Positions 61,950-64,000 of a stretch of DNA of 64,000 nucleotides are shown here, piece by piece. Origin of the DNA: Raillietiella orientalis. Taxonomy: Eukaryota. Both the position numbers and the translations under genes were made by a program. Within the stretch, counting starts at the first letter, position 1. Every line of letters begins with the position of its first letter. The stretch covers positions 124,001-188,000 of the forward strand of contig JAYWIR010000059.1 in the NCBI GenBank assembly GCA_036172245.1. Reading direction: 5' to 3'. A model generated the notes under the pieces. The model worked only from the letters and a program-made list of their open reading frames with translations, was not told the origin of the DNA and ran no database searches.

Positions 61950-62900
61950 CTTTCTTTGCAGCTGCACTTTCCCGAGGCAATGAATCAGCTTTCATGGTAA
62001 CAGGGTACGCAATGAGGAGAAGCAGGTGCAGCGGGAATCGTGCTTAAGTATACTGTACTGCCGGTACCAGCTCAGCATCCAATCCGAACCTGTCCTCATG
62101 TGCGCAGCCTCCGAGTCTGCGCACAGGGACTCCGCCAGTGCTCTTGCAGCAGCGGCCTCCCGTTTGGGGAAAAATAAAATCGCTGGGAAAAAAATCGGCG
62201 TTCCCGATTTCCTGATGAAAGTGCGACCACGACGTGGTAGAGAAGCCACAGCAAGACGGCGAGGAGACACCCTAGAAGCGAATATTCGAAATCCTAATTG
62301 GCTCAAGTTTCTTCCTTCGTTTTTCGTCAGGCACCCTTCCGGAAGCAGCGGGAGAGCGGCATTGCTACTTCGGTCCGATTTTCGACGTAACCTCAACACC
62401 CGCGGAGGTCCATGACGGCAAGCGAGAGGCAAGGACACTTGCGCACCTGCCCCTTCCCTACCAAAAGGCGCATCGCGACCCGATGCCACCGTTGCCTTGG
62501 TTTTGCAGCAGTGCCTTGGAGTTGCTTTCTGGATGCTTCCGCTTCCGTGGGAGACGCAACGGAGTGACCCGCGTGCCGAAATTGTACGTAAGGGGAGAAG
62601 CAGCTTTTGGCCACCACAATCATGTACATTTCAAAGAAGACGGAATTCCTGACGGAGCGCGGTTATCCACTTCGGATTCTGTTGGCAAGCAGACGGGTTT
62701 CCGGGCGTGGCGATGCAGACCTCGTACAATCCAAGGAAATTTGGCATTCATCTGCAAGGGTTTCGTAGAGTTTCGCCAGGGAGAATTGCTGCTTTCCTCA
62801 AGAAACGCGAAAGGAGCCTTCTTTTCTCGATTTTGCTGGGGAGGACGGAGGTCGAGAGCAAAAGTGTTTCTCTGAAATCTCCCGAACTGGAAACTTTTGG
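61950..62900 (-). mobile_element. Possible decayed RT-region remnant of a LINE
   Basis: YVQFRHAGHSV resembles INVTFSGHTV upstream of GIRQG. Heavily interrupted. Confidence 0.35.
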
Positions 62901-64000
62901 GATCCAATGTGATGCTTCATATTGGATCCACGTCAACCAATTCAAGAGAAGAGGACCGGATAGCACCAGCCTCACTCCTGGTTTCATCCCGAGTTCTCAG
63001 GACGTTTCAATATTCCTGAATCGAGATCTGTCGCCTACGGCGATTTCCCTTTCTCCTCGTTGCTGTATCTAAAGTTCCGCTAAGACAGTCCACAAGATAA
63101 GAACAGATTTTAATTAAGGAGATTGAGGTACAGTAAATAACAAATACAGTGGGACCACTTAATCACCATCTAAATATTCGCTCCCATTTCTATAAGGGAT
63201 GGAAGGTTGTAGGCTGGAACCTATAGATTTTCTTCCGGACGTCCTGTAGGATATCCCCCCAGGATATTCCACTTCTTGGTTGATGAGCTGTCTCATTTGG
63301 TCTTCATCGTTCAACCGAAGTGTGGTTTATGCATCGTCTAGAAGTCTCGCCCAAGTACATGTGTCCAGTACCGGATGAAAATGAGACCACCACAGGGTAT
63401 CTCATTTTTCTCCGAATACTTTCTAGGGGCGCCCGGATCACGAATCACAGCATCGTTCTCAGAGTACCAAGTTCCAAGAGATCTGACGATGAAGGCGCAA
63501 ACTTTGCACTGGTTCTTGTCTCGGTACTTGTTGATTTTTTCTCCTCTTCATTCCATGCTGAACGCCTGTTCTCGATTTTCAAATGGGCAGCACGCGTCTA
63601 TCCTCCTGCAGAACATTAAATCAGGCCGCAGGGTGGGAACAACTCCTGGAATCTTTCCATGACTGAGCACCAACTTCCATCCAGCCACATTCCACGCGGC
63701 GTTTCTTGAGCTTCCCCACTATTGCATCGTGTCGCGTGGTGCAGAGACGAGGATGCATCCTGCAGCGGTTTGCGACATGAAGCTGCATCCTTCCGTCCCG
63801 CTCCTCTGCTGCATCCTTCCGTTCCGAAGGCATCCATGTAATCAAGGTAGGTCTTGGAACGAGATGAGAGACGCATGGTCTCTGGGTTTCCTTCAATGGG
63901 CCTCCTCGGGTTTTCGAGTTTGCAGTTACGGATGAGGAAAATTTCCTTTCGAGCAAGAAGACGCTTGAAACTTCTCAGGGACCTCGGGAGGGAAGGGATG

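Noticed and set aside
1..64000. CRISPR array, rRNA, snRNA or prokaryotic operon/defence system
   Set aside because: The sequence is intron-containing animal DNA. I saw no regularly spaced repeat-spacer array and no recognisable rRNA/snRNA; the RT is a LINE RT, not a retron, group II intron or DGR.

Overview
Eukaryotic (bilaterian invertebrate, probably arthropod; inferred) genomic DNA. Four host genes can be spliced by hand using GT-AG introns. (1) A WSC-domain-less WSCD-family Golgi sulfotransferase (+, 4 coding exons, 11090-26770, ~296 aa). (2) A single-coding-exon MAF1 (+, 31585-32226). (3) A CAPON/NOS1AP (DYC-1-like) PTB adaptor (-, 9 exons, 41853-32325, ~464 aa) that converges on MAF1 with only 98 bp between the stop codons. 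(4) A Polycomb-like gene (PHF1/MTF2/PHF19 family; -, 10 exons, 51700-49231, ~676 aa) with very short 37-51 nt introns. The rest is mostly an L1/Tx1-clade non-LTR retrotransposon family: one near-intact ORF2 at 1-2814 plus many decayed copies. There are also hAT/MITE remnants and tRNA-like SINE fragments. The most notable unexplained signals are a covarying multi-hairpin 3'-terminal RNA structure shared by four divergent retrotransposon copies, two long near-perfect hairpins (7808-7958, 39246-39333), ultra-short introns, and sharp GC/CpG domain switches inside single genes. All calls come from reading the sequence and recalling protein families; no searches or folding programs were run.
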